The notes: generated by a model from the letters alone, not told the origin. A stretch of DNA of 61,261 nucleotides from Candidatus Udaeobacter sp. (GCA_013372845.1 JAALOD010000002.1:29428-90688); one strand, 5' to 3'. Shown: positions 47,922 through 58,965, numbered from the stretch's first letter. Numbers and translations: made by a program.

Positions 47922-50531
47922 TTGTTTGCACGGGACGAGACTCAGATTTTACGCGTGAAAGTGGAGCGCGGCAGATCGCCGCCATCGCGAGCCGGAGTGA
48001 CGAGTGATTCGACTGAGCTAATTTTTCAACGGCTTGGCAGTTCACCGAATGGCCTAACGAGCAGTGAAGCAAGCGCGCGGCTGGCTCGATTCGGCGGAAA
48101 CCGGCTCAAAGGAAAAAGCCGTGCCGCAATGCTTACTCTTCTGGTCGGACAATTTAAGAGCCCGATTGTCCTCATTCTGATCGGTGCAGCTATCCTGTCG
48201 ATCTTCCTCCAGGATGCAAGCGACGCGGCGATCATTTTGGCGATCGTCTTGGTAAGCGGCTTGCTCGGCTTCTGGCAGGAGTACGGCGCCGCGAATGCAG
48301 TCGAAAAATTGCGCGCAGTCGTCGGAACCAACGCGCGTGCGGTACGCGATGGCGCGGAAGTTTCAGTGCCGTTGGAAGAAATCGTTCCCGGCGATGTCGT
48401 GCTGCTATCTGCGGGCGCGATTATTCCTGGCGATTGCCGGCTGCTCGAAGCACGCGACCTGTTTGTTAACGAGGCGACACTGACAGGCGAAACTTATCCG
48501 GTCGAGAAAACGCCTTGCGTACTCGCGCCTGAGACTGCACTGGCGCGGTGTACGAACGCTGCTTTCATGGGCACGCACGTAGTCAGTGGCAGCGGCAAAG
48601 CGCTCGTCGTCTACACCGGCCGGGAGACAGAGTTCGGCAAAGTGTTTGAAAGTTTGAAACTGCGGCCACCGGAGACCGAGTTTGAGCATGGCATCCGGCG
48701 CTTCGGTTATTTGCTTGCCGAAGTGACATTCGTCCTCGTGCTGGCGATTTTTGCCTTCAACGTTTACTTCCACAAGCCGGTCCTCGACTCCTTCCTGTTT
48801 GCACTCGCGCTAGCCGTCGGACTGACGCCGCAGCTTTTGCCCGCCATCATCAGCATCAATCTTTCTCACGGCGCGCGCCGCATGGCGGAGAAAAAAGTGA
48901 TCACGAAGCGACTCGCTGCGATCGAAAACTTCGGCAGTATGAACATGCTTTGTTCTGACAAGACCGGCACGATTACCGAAGGAAAAGTCCGCGTCCACGC
49001 CGCGCTCGACGCGCAGCGACGCGAGAGTGCAAAGGTGTTGCTCTACGCTTATCTCAATGCGGCTAACGAAACGGGCTTTGTCAATCCAATTGACGAAGCG
49101 ATCCGGGAATCCGCCGCGCCCAACTGCGATGGCTGGCGCAAACTTGATGAACTGCCGTACGACTTTCTGCGAAAACGTCTGAGCATTCTTTTTGAAAAAG
49201 ATGGCCGGCATCTGCTCATCACGAAGGGCGCGCTCCGGCAAATCCTCGGTGTATGCACACAAGCGGAGTTGAGCGACGGATCGTTGATCGACATGGACCG
49301 CTCACGCCCGGCGGTCGATCGCCATTGGCACGAGTTCAGCGCTCAGGGTCGCCGGGTTCTCGGTGTCGCCTGTCGCGATTGCGGGACTGAAACGGCGATC
49401 AAGCGGGACGCTGAGAACGGGATGATTTTTCTCGGATTCATCGTCCTGTCCGATCCGCCGAAAGCGGGTATCGAAAAGACGATCCGCGAACTTAACGAAC
49501 TCGGAATTACACTAAAGATCATCACTGGCGACAACGCGCTCATCGCCGAGCACGTCGCGCGCGAAGTTGGCTTGAAAAGCGCGCGGATCCTCGCGGGCCC
49601 CGAAATGCGCGCGATGAGCAATACGGCGCTCGTTCGTCGCGCCTCGGATGTCGATGTTTTTGCCGAAATCGAGCCGATGCAAAAGGAGCGGATCATCGTC
49701 GCGCTCAAAAAAGCCGGCCACGTTGTCGGCTACCTGGGCGATGGCATTAACGACGCAACTGCGCTGCACGCCGCAGACGTGGGTCTCTCGGTGGATAGCG
49801 CTGTCGATGTTGCACGCGAGGCCGCGGATTTTGTCCTGCTGGAACGCGATCTCGAAGTGCTCGTGGATGGCGTGCGCGAGGGTCGCCGCACTTTTGCCAA
49901 CACCCTCAAGTACGTGTTTATCGCGACGAGTGCGAACTTCGGAAACATGTTCAGTATGGCGGGGGCGTCCCTGTTCCTTCCCTTTCTTCCACTCCTGCCG
50001 AAGCAGATTCTGCTCATCAATCTACTGACTGATTGTCCGGAGATGACGATAGCCGGCGACAATGTCGATCTTGAATTGGTGCAAGCGCCGCGTCGCTGGG
50101 ACATCGCCTTCATCCGACGATTCATGATCGTGTTCGGCCTTGTGAGTTCGATCTTCGACTATCTGACTTTCGGCGTGCTCGTCTGGTTGCACGCGACCGT
50201 CCCACAGTTCCGGACCGGCTGGTTCATTGAATCGATCGTCTCCGCATCGATGATCGTACTCGTGGTGCGGAGCCGTCGGCCGTTTTTCAAAAGCAGGCCA
50301 AGCAAACTATTAGCGCTCGCCACGGTTGCGGTTGTCGTCGTGACCGCGTTCACGCCGTATCTGCCATTTGCGGGGAGGCTCGGTTTTCAGCCGATGCCAG
50401 CGCACTTCTATCCGATCATCGCGCTCATCATTTTCGCCTACATCGCAGCAGCTGAATTCGCGAAGCTTCTATTTTATCGCACAAATCGCGCGTCATTCGG
50501 CGCGAAAGCGCAACAACCGCAGTGCGTTTAA
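47922..50531 (+). CDS. mgtA: Magnesium-translocating P-type ATPase
   Basis: 869-aa ORF. GLTSSEASARLARFGGNRL; TGE; CSDKTGTITEG (phosphorylation site); ELPYDFLRKRLSILF (MgtA-type FDFxRRR motif); TGDN; GDGINDA. The start is uncertain (TTG 47922, or downstream GTGs). Confidence 0.88.
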   Translation: MFARDETQILRVKVERGRSPPSRAGVTSDSTELIFQRLGSSPNGLTSSEASARLARFGGNRLKGKSRAAMLTLLVGQFKSPIVLILIGAAILSIFLQDASDAAIILAIVLVSGLLGFWQEYGAANAVEKLRAVVGTNARAVRDGAEVSVPLEEIVPGDVVLLSAGAIIPGDCRLLEARDLFVNEATLTGETYPVEKTPCVLAPETALARCTNAAFMGTHVVSGSGKALVVYTGRETEFGKVFESLKLRPPETEFEHGIRRFGYLLAEVTFVLVLAIFAFNVYFHKPVLDSFLFALALAVGLTPQLLPAIISINLSHGARRMAEKKVITKRLAAIENFGSMNMLCSDKTGTITEGKVRVHAALDAQRRESAKVLLYAYLNAANETGFVNPIDEAIRESAAPNCDGWRKLDELPYDFLRKRLSILFEKDGRHLLITKGALRQILGVCTQAELSDGSLIDMDRSRPAVDRHWHEFSAQGRRVLGVACRDCGTETAIKRDAENGMIFLGFIVLSDPPKAGIEKTIRELNELGITLKIITGDNALIAEHVAREVGLKSARILAGPEMRAMSNTALVRRASDVDVFAEIEPMQKERIIVALKKAGHVVGYLGDGINDATALHAADVGLSVDSAVDVAREAADFVLLERDLEVLVDGVREGRRTFANTLKYVFIATSANFGNMFSMAGASLFLPFLPLLPKQILLINLLTDCPEMTIAGDNVDLELVQAPRRWDIAFIRRFMIVFGLVSSIFDYLTFGVLVWLHATVPQFRTGWFIESIVSASMIVLVVRSRRPFFKSRPSKLLALATVAVVVVTAFTPYLPFAGRLGFQPMPAHFYPIIALIIFAYIAAAEFAKLLFYRTNRASFGAKAQQPQCV

Positions 50532-51093
50532 GACCACAACCACGATGCTACCTTCGTGGCCAATGACGCCGAGGGTGAGATTGATTTTCAGCAAGCGCGG
50601 AGATCACGAGTAGCAGGGGCGCCCATCGCACTCTTCCAGCGATGCCTGCGCTACTTCCTTTGTTTGCCATGCAAACGCCCGTTTTGTTGCCTGTCGACCT
50701 CTTAGTTCGCTTTCCCACTACAGCAGGCGGCTTGCACCGCTTGCCATTTTCCAATCATTTGTTGCTCAGTTTGCAACGCGTCTGCGCCGCCGCACAAGAA
50801 CACAGGACACGACGGCGCATGTGCTTCGAGAACCTCAGCGCAAGAAATGCACAAGATTCGGCAATTGGTGGTGAGCCAGCCGTTCCTTAGCCGTCGAGAA
50901 TCTCTGCAAATGAATACTCAAGTTATGGAACCCGACAGTGTCGTGGACTTAATCCCGCAGATTGTGAATCTCAAAAAATTCTCGTGCCTATACAGCTTCG
51001 CCCTGTGCGACGAGCAGCCAACGGCGGAACATTTGACGTAAAAATGCATAGTCGTTAATTGAAGTTTCAGAGAAACTCCGGATAACTTTCAAT

Positions 51094-51423
51094 ATGGTCA
51101 TCAATGCTGGGGAATACGTTCACATCATTCATCGACAACTCTTTCAAAGTGACGCGCAGCGTCACTTCGTAGGCACGGTAGAAGCAATTGAAGGAAATCT
51201 CATTCGCGTCAAAGGGTACCTTTTCGCGATGGATTCGTCGCACAGCCAATTTGTCCGGCGCGAACAACTCCGTACGCGCATCGTCGCGTTAAGTGATGCT
51301 GTGATCGTCAACGTGCTTCCTTCACACGTGAAGATCGACCATATCACCTACACCCACCGGCCAAACGGCGACATTCATATTACGGATGGAACCGACTGGC
51401 GTTTCGACATCACGCACTTGTAG
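51094..51423 (+). CDS. Hypothetical protein (109 aa)
   Basis: ATG ORF with protein-like composition. No family recognised. Confidence 0.4.
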   Translation: MVINAGEYVHIIHRQLFQSDAQRHFVGTVEAIEGNLIRVKGYLFAMDSSHSQFVRREQLRTRIVALSDAVIVNVLPSHVKIDHITYTHRPNGDIHITDGTDWRFDITHL

Positions 51424-51448
51424 GGTTCGCACCGTTAAAAGGTGTTGA

Positions 51449-51649
51449 TCTGCGAGCGAGGTCGAGATCAAGCTCGACCGGACGAAACGCGTGCTCGCGG
51501 CGGAGTTCGGAGCGACCAGCGAAACACTCTCACGAACGCTGGCAAAATTTCGCGATCGCAAACTTCTGCACATCAGAGGCAACACACTTACCGTAACGCG
51601 TCCAGACCAATTGCAGAAACTGCTTCGACATCATTTGGGAGAACTCTAG
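51449..51649 (+). pseudogene. C-terminal HTH remnant of a Crp/Fnr-family regulator
   Basis: ..IKLDRTKRVLAAEFGATSETLSRTLAKFRDRKLLHIRGNTLTVTRPDQLQKL.. is the Crp-type wHTH. There is no cNMP/sensor domain upstream, and the frame opens only after a TGA at 51446. Confidence 0.6.
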
Positions 51650-51787
51650 CGACCGCAGTGGCTTGTGATGCGATTTAGTGGCTTTTTTTGGGCGGCGTCG
51701 GCTCGAATCGTACTTTGCTGGTAGCGTATTCCGTAACGTGCTTGAAACCGGCCGCGACCTCGTCCTGGTGAAACAAAGGAGCAACTA

Positions 51788-53752
51788 ATGTTGCAAAAGT
51801 GGAACGACAAACAACCGACTGCTGTCGCACCAAAGTTAAGACATCACCCGCCCGTCCGTCGGTTTTGGGAGTCGGTCACCATCCTACATCGTCGCAGGAC
51901 CAGCGTCATCGCTGTTTTCGCCGCTGCGGCGATCCTGCGATCTCGTCCTTCGTTTCGCCTTGCGCACGCCTCCCGGAATTTACCAAATCCCGCTTCTGGC
52001 CACGCTTGTTTTCGGCGGTATTCCTCTCGTCTACGAACTAACCAGGAATCTTTTTCGGCGGAATTTGGCCGATCTCCTCGCCGGAATTTCCATCGTCACT
52101 TCTGTTCTTCTCACGAATACCTCGCCGGCTCCATCGTTGTCCTGATGCTCTGGCGGCGAGGCGCTGGAAAATTACGCATTGCGCAATGCATCTTCTGTTT
52201 TGCGCGCTTTGGCGAAACGGATGCCTGCCATCGCGCATCGTAAAAGAGATTCTGTCATCGCCGATGTCGCGTTGGATGACATCGCAGTCGGCGACATTCT
52301 TGTAGTTTATCCGCACGATATCTGTCCGGTCGATGGAACGGTCGTCGACGGCCATGGCGTCATGAACGAAGCGTTTCTCACCGGCGAACCCTTTGAGATC
52401 ACGAAGGCCCCGGCTCAGCCGTCATTTCCGGAGCGGTGAATGGTGAATCCGCTCTCATTATCACTGCTCTCGCCGTGCGGTCGATTCGCGCTATGCCAAG
52501 ATTATGGAGGTAATGCGCGAGTCGGAGCAAAACCAACCGCACCTGCGCCGGCTCGGAGATCAGCTCGGGCGATTTATACTCCAGTTGCGGTGAGCATCGC
52601 GGTGCTGGCTTGGGTTCTCAGCGGTGAAGCTGTTCGCTTCCTCGCGGTGCTCGTGATCGCCACGCCTTGCCACTGCTCATCGCCATTCCTGTCGCGATCA
52701 TCGGTTCAATTTCGCTGGCAGCGCGACGCTCGATCGTGGTGAAGAACCCTGCCGTCCTTGAACAAATAACTGAATGCCGCACCGCTATTTTTGATAAAAC
52801 TGGCACCCTAACCTACGGCGAGCCAAAGTTAACGGAGCAAATCATCGCACCGGGGTTCGCGCAAAAAGAGGTGCTCACGTTGGCGGCAAGCCTAGAGGTC
52901 TACTCAAAGCATCCTCTGGCCCGAGCGATCCTCACAGGGGCGAAAGCGGAAGGGCTTCACCTCCAGCAAGCATCTCATGTGAGTGAGCCTCCCGGTCAGG
53001 GACTGCGCGGAACGGTCACCGGTCACGAGATTCAACTCACCAGCCGCGGCAAGCTCCTTTCTCAAAACGTCCCCGGCGCCGAGCACCTTCCGCCGATTGC
53101 GGGTGGCCTCGAGTGCATCATCGTCATCGACGGCAAGTTTGCAGCGACATTCCGATTGCGCGATGCGCCGCGTGCTGAAGGACGTTCCTTTATTCAACAT
53201 CTCGGGCCGAAGCATCAGTTCCAACGCATCATGATCCTTTCCGGGGATCGTGAATTGGAAGTGCTTTATCTCGCGAAGCAGGTCGGCATCAACGAAATTC
53301 ATGCTGAGCAAAGCCCAGAACAAAAACTGGCGATCGTAAGGCAGGAAACCGCGGTCGCGAAAACTCTCTACGTCGGCGACGGAATCAACGATGCACCCGC
53401 AATGATGGCGGCCACGGTGGGAATGGCGGTAGGACAGAACACCGATGTGACCGCGGAAGCGGCTGACGTTGTGGCGATGGAAAATTCATTAAAGAAGGTG
53501 GACGAATTCTTGCATATCAGCCGCCGGATGCGCTCCATCGCCTTGCAGAGCGCGGTCGGCGGAATGTTGTTGAGCCTGGGCGGCATGATCTTCGCGGCCG
53601 GCGGATATCTGGTTCCGGTAGCCGGAGCGATCAGCCAGGAAATTATCGACGTGCTTGCAGTGCTCAACGCCTTGCGCGCTGCGTTCCCGCCTAAAGTAAT
53701 TTCGGATATGGCTGAAGACCTGACGAAACCTTCACGAAGAGTCGTCGAGTGA
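51788..53752 (+). pseudogene. Heavy-metal-translocating P-type (P1B) ATPase, at least 4 frameshifts in the 5' 900 nt
   Basis: Joined frames read ..PLLATLVFGGIPLVYEL..LAGISIVTSVLL / [13 protein letters not shown] / [71 protein letters not shown] / ..VLVIATPC / [13 protein letters not shown]. The intact part 52667-53752 carries [14 protein letters not shown] and [11 protein letters not shown]. Confidence 0.8.
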
Positions 53753-53852
53753 TGAGCATCGAGAGGCCAACTAGGGTCACTGCGAATGATCTGCTCAGCG
53801 CGTTTTGGCTTTGGCTAAGCGAAAATTGCGCTTGGTATCTGATGCGGTGCGA

Positions 53853-54890
53853 TTATTTCGCGAGCGATCGCGCGAGATGAAACAGTTCACTGTTGAGCGG
53901 TTTTTCTCGACCGATCATGTCGATAAAAGGGGTGGCAGTGATTTGAGCGCCTTGCATCCCGACCAGAATCCCTTTCTGACCATCGAGCAGGTAATCGGAA
54001 GCCGCCGCGCCGAGACGCGTCGCGAGAATGCGATCGAAAGCGGTCGGCGCGCCGCCGCGTTGCACGTGACCGAGCTTGGTCACACCTAATTGGAATCGCA
54101 ATCGATCGCGATGCTGGTCAAAGTAAGCATTCAATCTTTCGGCGTTGTAAGACGAACCCTCAGCTACAACAACCAGGGCGTGCGATTTGCCGCGATCGTA
54201 AGCATCGCGCAATTCAGTTGCGACCGCCTCAGGATCACTCTCGATCTCTGGGACAACGATCGCATCAGCGCCGCCCGCGAGACCGGCCATTAGCCCAAGG
54301 TAACCGCAGTTGCGTCCCATGACTTCGACGAGAAAGGCACGGTGGTGCGACGAAGCGGTGGTCTTTAATCGGTCGATCGCTTCAAGTGCAATGTTCAATG
54401 CAGTATCAACACCAATCGTCAGATCGGTTCCGCACAGATCGTTGTCGATAGTGGATGCGACACCTGCGACGGGAAGCCCAAGTTGTGATAGTGCCTGCGC
54501 GCCAGCCTGTGAGCCGTTACCGCCGATCACGACAAGCGCGTCAATATTGCGTTTCGATAGATTCGCGCATGCTTTGTTCTGTCCAGCAGCTGTTCGGAAT
54601 TCGTCACACCGCGTGCTGCCCAGTATTGTACCGCCAAGATGTGAAATCCGGCCGACGCCGCGGGCAGACAACGGTAGTATTTCATCTGCGATCAGTCCCG
54701 CGTAGCCACGTCGAACGCCGGCAACTTCCGCTCCGCGGAAAATCGCTCGCCGCGTGACCGCGCGAATTGCGGCGTTCATCCCTGGTGCATCGCCTCCGCT
54801 GGTTAGGACCGCTAGTCGTTTCACCGCCGGTGTTCTTTCAGTAAAGAGGCCATTACAGTTTGCTGCATTTGCACTCGCCAATGGCTTCAA
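53853..54890 (-). CDS. pfkA: 6-phosphofructokinase
   Basis: LAVLTSGGDAPGMNAAIRAV..GGTILGSTRC..ALVVIGGNGS..STIDNDL.GTD.TIG.DTA..VEVMGRNCGYL...G.A.GAD..VVPE..LGHVQRGG. Confidence 0.9.
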   Translation of the reverse strand: MKPLASANAANCNGLFTERTPAVKRLAVLTSGGDAPGMNAAIRAVTRRAIFRGAEVAGVRRGYAGLIADEILPLSARGVGRISHLGGTILGSTRCDEFRTAAGQNKACANLSKRNIDALVVIGGNGSQAGAQALSQLGLPVAGVASTIDNDLCGTDLTIGVDTALNIALEAIDRLKTTASSHHRAFLVEVMGRNCGYLGLMAGLAGGADAIVVPEIESDPEAVATELRDAYDRGKSHALVVVAEGSSYNAERLNAYFDQHRDRLRFQLGVTKLGHVQRGGAPTAFDRILATRLGAAASDYLLDGQKGILVGMQGAQITATPFIDMIGREKPLNSELFHLARSLAK

Positions 54891-55009
54891 GCGTTATCAC
54901 GGGCGTTCAAAGAACGCAGTTATTTAATGGATTCCCGCCGCAAAAAACGCACAAGCTTTGACAAAGAGCGGAGAGCGCATCGTTGCGGTTGCAGGCAAAA
55001 TCACCTGCA

Positions 55010-55540
55010 ATGAAATCAGAAACTGTCGGAACCCAGCCGGTGAAATCACGGACTTCAGTTACCAAGTCGGTAACTGATGGCACCACGATCCCGATCAAAA
55101 AAATATTGGCGCCGACCGATTTTTCTCCCGCATCGCAGAAAGCCTTGAGATATGCCCTTCGGTTTGCCCACGACTGCGGTTCGGAGCTCACATTGCTTCA
55201 CGTTCTTGAGCCTGCGATCTCGCCGGCTTTCGCGGATACAACAGCAGGCCCGGCATTTTCCAAGGCGGAGATAGCGGACGCGGAAGAGAGTTTGCGCACT
55301 TTAGTTAAATCGGTCCGAGGTGCTGGCGCAGCCGGGGTAAGATCGACAATACGCATGGGAGTGGCGACACATGAGATTGTCGAAGCAGCCAAGGAACTCG
55401 ATGTCGACCTGGTTGTCATTGCAACACATGGATATACGGGGTGGAAGCATTTCGCCATCGGCAGCACTGCGGCACGAGTTGCCCGGGCGGCGCCCTGCCC
55501 GGTGCTCGTTGTTCGTGAAAAGGAGCACGATTTTCTTTGA
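55010..55540 (+). CDS. Universal stress protein (single USP domain)
   Basis: KKILAPTDFSPASQKALRYA..LTLLHVLEP..; ATHGYTGWKHFAIGSTAARVARAAPCPVLVVRE (the G-2x-G-9x-GS ATP-binding type). Confidence 0.85.
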   Translation: MKSETVGTQPVKSRTSVTKSVTDGTTIPIKKILAPTDFSPASQKALRYALRFAHDCGSELTLLHVLEPAISPAFADTTAGPAFSKAEIADAEESLRTLVKSVRGAGAAGVRSTIRMGVATHEIVEAAKELDVDLVVIATHGYTGWKHFAIGSTAARVARAAPCPVLVVREKEHDFL

Positions 55541-55720
55541 GATGAAAACGATCTGCTGCGTTCTTTGCCGAAACAGAAAACACGGCCACTTCAATGGTGA
55601 CGTTGAAATGGTCGCTTTCACGAAATGGTCGGAGAAGAAAGCCGAGGCTCGCATCCGATTACGCCGAGAGCGAGTCGCTCGTCATCGGCGACTCATTATC
55701 CAAAAGCAAAAGGGCAGACA

Positions 55721-56278
55721 ATGAAAACTAAAACCGAAACTAAAACAAAAACAGAATCAATGGCTACGCGCGTAGCGTTACATCCGTTTCTTGCGGGGAT
55801 GAATCACACGCAGTTGGCATTATTGACCGATTGCGCGATGGCGTCGCATTTCAAGTCCGGCCAGATCATTCTGCGCGAGGGTGAAATGGCAAACCGTTTT
55901 TATTTGATCGAGAAGGGCGAAGTCGTCCTGGAATCCGGAGGAGATTTCGGCAAACCGGTAGTAGTGGAAAAAATTGGCGCTGGAGATTTGCTTGGCTGGT
56001 CGTGGATGTTTCCGCCGTACGTCTGGCATTTCACCGCACGCGCGGTGGAACCAACGCAAGCGATCTTTTTCTATGGTACGATCCTGCGCGAGTACTGCGA
56101 GCGAGATCCCTCGTTAGGCTACGAGCTTTTCAAACGCATGGCGCCGATCATGCTCCGGCGTCTGCAAGCCGCCCGCGATAAAATGTTGGCCATACACCAT
56201 GGGCGGGCATCGCTTGAGCCGGTGGTCTTGGAGTCGCCATTTATGGACCAGGAGCTGGATACCTCTGAGGATTCTTGA
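55721..56278 (+). CDS. Cyclic-nucleotide-binding domain protein without a recognisable DNA-binding domain
   Basis: FKSGQIILREGEMANRFYLIEKGEVVLE..IGAGDLLGWSWMF is the cNMP-binding beta-barrel. The C-terminal ~50 aa are not HTH-like. The N-terminus is MKTKTETKTKTES. Confidence 0.75.
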   Translation: MKTKTETKTKTESMATRVALHPFLAGMNHTQLALLTDCAMASHFKSGQIILREGEMANRFYLIEKGEVVLESGGDFGKPVVVEKIGAGDLLGWSWMFPPYVWHFTARAVEPTQAIFFYGTILREYCERDPSLGYELFKRMAPIMLRRLQAARDKMLAIHHGRASLEPVVLESPFMDQELDTSEDS

Positions 56279-56577
56279 AAGTGCGAGCCAGTCAAACCGG
56301 CTCCCGCGACGTTATTGTCGAGCTATTTGCCAGCGTTGCTTATTCTCCGGAAAGAAGCCGCGGAATTAGCCAGAAACGCAGATCGGCTCCCACAAAAGGA
56401 TTGGGCGGATGTACGCAGTGGCCGAGCGCCTCCAGAAAAAAATTGATCAGACACGTCGCCGAATTCGCATCTACACATCCCTCAATCGGATTCCCAAGTT
56501 GCTTGCGCGCGGCGAATCCGGATTCGAATAGCATTGACCTTGGCATTTGAGGGGGCAACACTAAGTCTTTTCCTGAT

Positions 56578-57498
56578 ATGGTCGAGGCCGGTGCAAGGCG
56601 CGCGGAATCGAACAAGCAACTTATCGACATGTTGCGCCGGTCCCGATTATTTCGGGATTACGAAGGCGTATTCACTAAGGCGACTGGCCTGCCGCTAGTG
56701 CTACGGCCGTTGGAATTTTGGCAACTCGCGCATCACGGCAAAAAACACGAAAATCCATTCTGCGCTCTCCTCGCCGAAAACCCCGCAACTCTCAGCGTTT
56801 GTCTACAAGCGCACCAGGACATGATCGACCACACCGGAGTGCTGCCGCACACGGTTACTTGCCCTTTCGGTTTAACGGAGACCGCGGTGCCGATTAAACT
56901 GGCCGAGCGAACTATTGGTTACCTGCGCATTGGTCAGGTGCTGCGCCATATGCCGGCGAAGTCCGACACGACCAGGGTCAGCCGCCAGCTCGCGCGATGC
57001 GGCGTCCGGTTTACCGGTGAAATTCGCAAGGCCTGGCAGAAGAATCCGCTTTTCCCGCGTGAGAAATACAATGCCATTGTGCGGCTGCTTTCATTTTTTG
57101 CCGATCAACTTTCAGCCTTGAGCAATCAATTAGTGACGGAGAAAACCAATGCCGAACCACCTCTTGTGCTAAGAGCGCGCGATTACATCGACAAGCATAA
57201 GACCGAACAATTATCTTTGACTGATGTGGCGAAGGTGGCTGGAGCCAGCGTGTTTCATTTCTGCAAAGTTTTCCACAAAGCTACCGGCTTGAAGTTTACT
57301 GATTACGTGGCTCGCGTGCGTCTGGAGGATGCGCGCAACCGGTTGCTTAACCCGAACCTGCGTATCAGCGAGGTGGCCTATGATGTCGGCTTTCAGTCGC
57401 TCACCCAGTTCAATCGCACGTTCAAGCGCGTCTTTGGCCAAGCGCCGACCGAATTTCGCGAACACTTGCATGGAAAACGACCGCGAAACGCTGCCTGA
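56578..57498 (+). CDS. AraC-family transcriptional regulator with N-terminal PocR-like sensor domain
   Basis: The N-terminal part is LFRDYEGVFTKATGLPLVL..NPFCALL..CLQAH..TCPFGLTETAVPI..IGYLRIGQV (PocR-like). The C-terminal part is LSLTDVAKVAGASVFHFCKVFHKATG..ISEVAYDVGFQSLTQFNRTFKRVFGQAPTEFR (two AraC HTHs). Confidence 0.8.
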   Translation: MVEAGARRAESNKQLIDMLRRSRLFRDYEGVFTKATGLPLVLRPLEFWQLAHHGKKHENPFCALLAENPATLSVCLQAHQDMIDHTGVLPHTVTCPFGLTETAVPIKLAERTIGYLRIGQVLRHMPAKSDTTRVSRQLARCGVRFTGEIRKAWQKNPLFPREKYNAIVRLLSFFADQLSALSNQLVTEKTNAEPPLVLRARDYIDKHKTEQLSLTDVAKVAGASVFHFCKVFHKATGLKFTDYVARVRLEDARNRLLNPNLRISEVAYDVGFQSLTQFNRTFKRVFGQAPTEFREHLHGKRPRNAA

Positions 57499-57530
57499 AT
57501 TTTCAAATTCCTTTGCGCAACCGAGCAAGA

Positions 57531-58491
57531 ATGACACAGAAAGCTTCCACAGCAGGCTCCGGCTCGCAGCTAGGATTCAAAATCACGAGAATTTTGAAAT
57601 GCCACTGGATTTCTCATGCGTCGATGGAAGCGCTCGATTATGCGATCTCCGTGGCGAAACAATTTCGCGCCGTCATTCATCTCGTCATGTCTGCCCGCCT
57701 GATGAAGCTTCTTCGGTACCGGCCGCAGGCCATTTGTTGGTGCAATCAGCCGGGGCAATCGAAATCCTTAACGAGGAATTGACTGGCATCCATCGGAAAC
57801 GTGTCTTGCCCTTTCGTCCGGAGAATTGCCACGTTCGCAGTGGCCGGCCCTACCAGGCGATTATCAATTTGGCCCGCGAAATCGATGCCGATTTGATCGT
57901 CCTTTCGACACGCGGCTACAGCGGGCTGAAGCATCTCCTCCTGGGAAGCACGGCGGAGCGAGTCGTTCGCGGCGCCCCGTGCCCTGTCCTGATCGCACGG
58001 AAGCGAAAACAAAAATCGAAAGCGGCGGACAAAACATTCACGGTTCGCACCATTTTAGTTCCGGTAGATTTCTCAAACTGTTCCCTCGCCGGGGTGGAGT
58101 ACGCAGCGTTCATGGCAAAGAAACTTTATGCCACGCTCCGCCTATTTCATGCGATGTACCCGTATACCAACTACGTGATTGCTGACCGCGCGGGCGCTCG
58201 TCTCTCTGGGCTGGCCGACGCGGTGGAAGAGGCGACCCGGATAGAGATGGACGCGCTTAAGCAGATGGATTTTTTGCGGGGCCTGCCGGTTCAAACGGAA
58301 ACTTGCCCGGGTCACGCAGTGGACGAAACTGCGCCGCCGCCGGTCAGCCCGATATTGACCTTGTGGTCACTTCCACACATGGCCGCACAGGGTTCAAGCA
58401 CGCGGTGATCGGGAGCGTCGCCGAACATGTCGTTCGCTACGCCGAGTGCTCGGTCCTGGTCGTTCCCAGCGGATCGCTTTCCGAATCCTGA
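57531..58491 (+). pseudogene. Tandem-domain universal stress protein, at least 3 frameshifts
   Basis: ..ITRIL..PLDFS / ASMEALDYAISVAKQFRAVIHLV / ..STRGYSGLKHLLLGSTAERVVRGAPCPVLIAR..TILVPVDFSNCSLAGVEYAAFMAKKLYATLRLFHA.. / DIDLVVTSTHGRTGFKHAVIGSVAEHVVRYAECSVLVVP. Confidence 0.75.
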
Positions 58492-58674
58492 TTTTTGGAT
58501 TGACATATAACGCGGCGCGAGGGCGGAGTGGACGCGTTTGTGCTTTGGACTACTGCTGTGTTCAGACACTGTTCGATTCTCGGGCTGCACAAGAATTGGA
58601 CAATCCTTCGCAAAATCCGGCGAGTAATTCGCGAACCTTTCGCGAAGAATGAATCCAAAAAGGAAGGGGATCTT

Positions 58675-58965
58675 ATGACTCACCGAAAAATTAACACTAC
58701 ATTGGCACTGGTCATTTCGTGCGGCCTAACCGTCTTCGGGCAGACGCCTCAATTCAACATTATCAAACCAAGCACGACTGGCGTGCCTGGGGAAGAGGTG
58801 CGTGTCATGAAGTTTGATCTGGACGGCAACTTATGGATCGCCGGGCGGTTTTATTTTTCGGGCGAAGCTGCTCTGGCGATGTTATCGGCTGATCAAGTCG
58901 ATCATCAGCCATTACCCTCAACAGCGGGTTGCCACATTACTTTGTCGATCGGATCACGCTCCTAG
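58675..58965 (+). CDS. Small secreted hypothetical protein; a PRPTP-repeat tail continues in another frame to 59026
   Basis: Strong RBS-like AAGGAAGGGGA lies 6 nt upstream of ATG 58675. Signal peptide MTHRKINTTLALVISCGLTVFGQ. Frame 58814-59026 ends PRVTPRPRPTPHPRPTPQPRP. Confidence 0.4.
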   Translation: MTHRKINTTLALVISCGLTVFGQTPQFNIIKPSTTGVPGEEVRVMKFDLDGNLWIAGRFYFSGEAALAMLSADQVDHQPLPSTAGCHITLSIGSRS

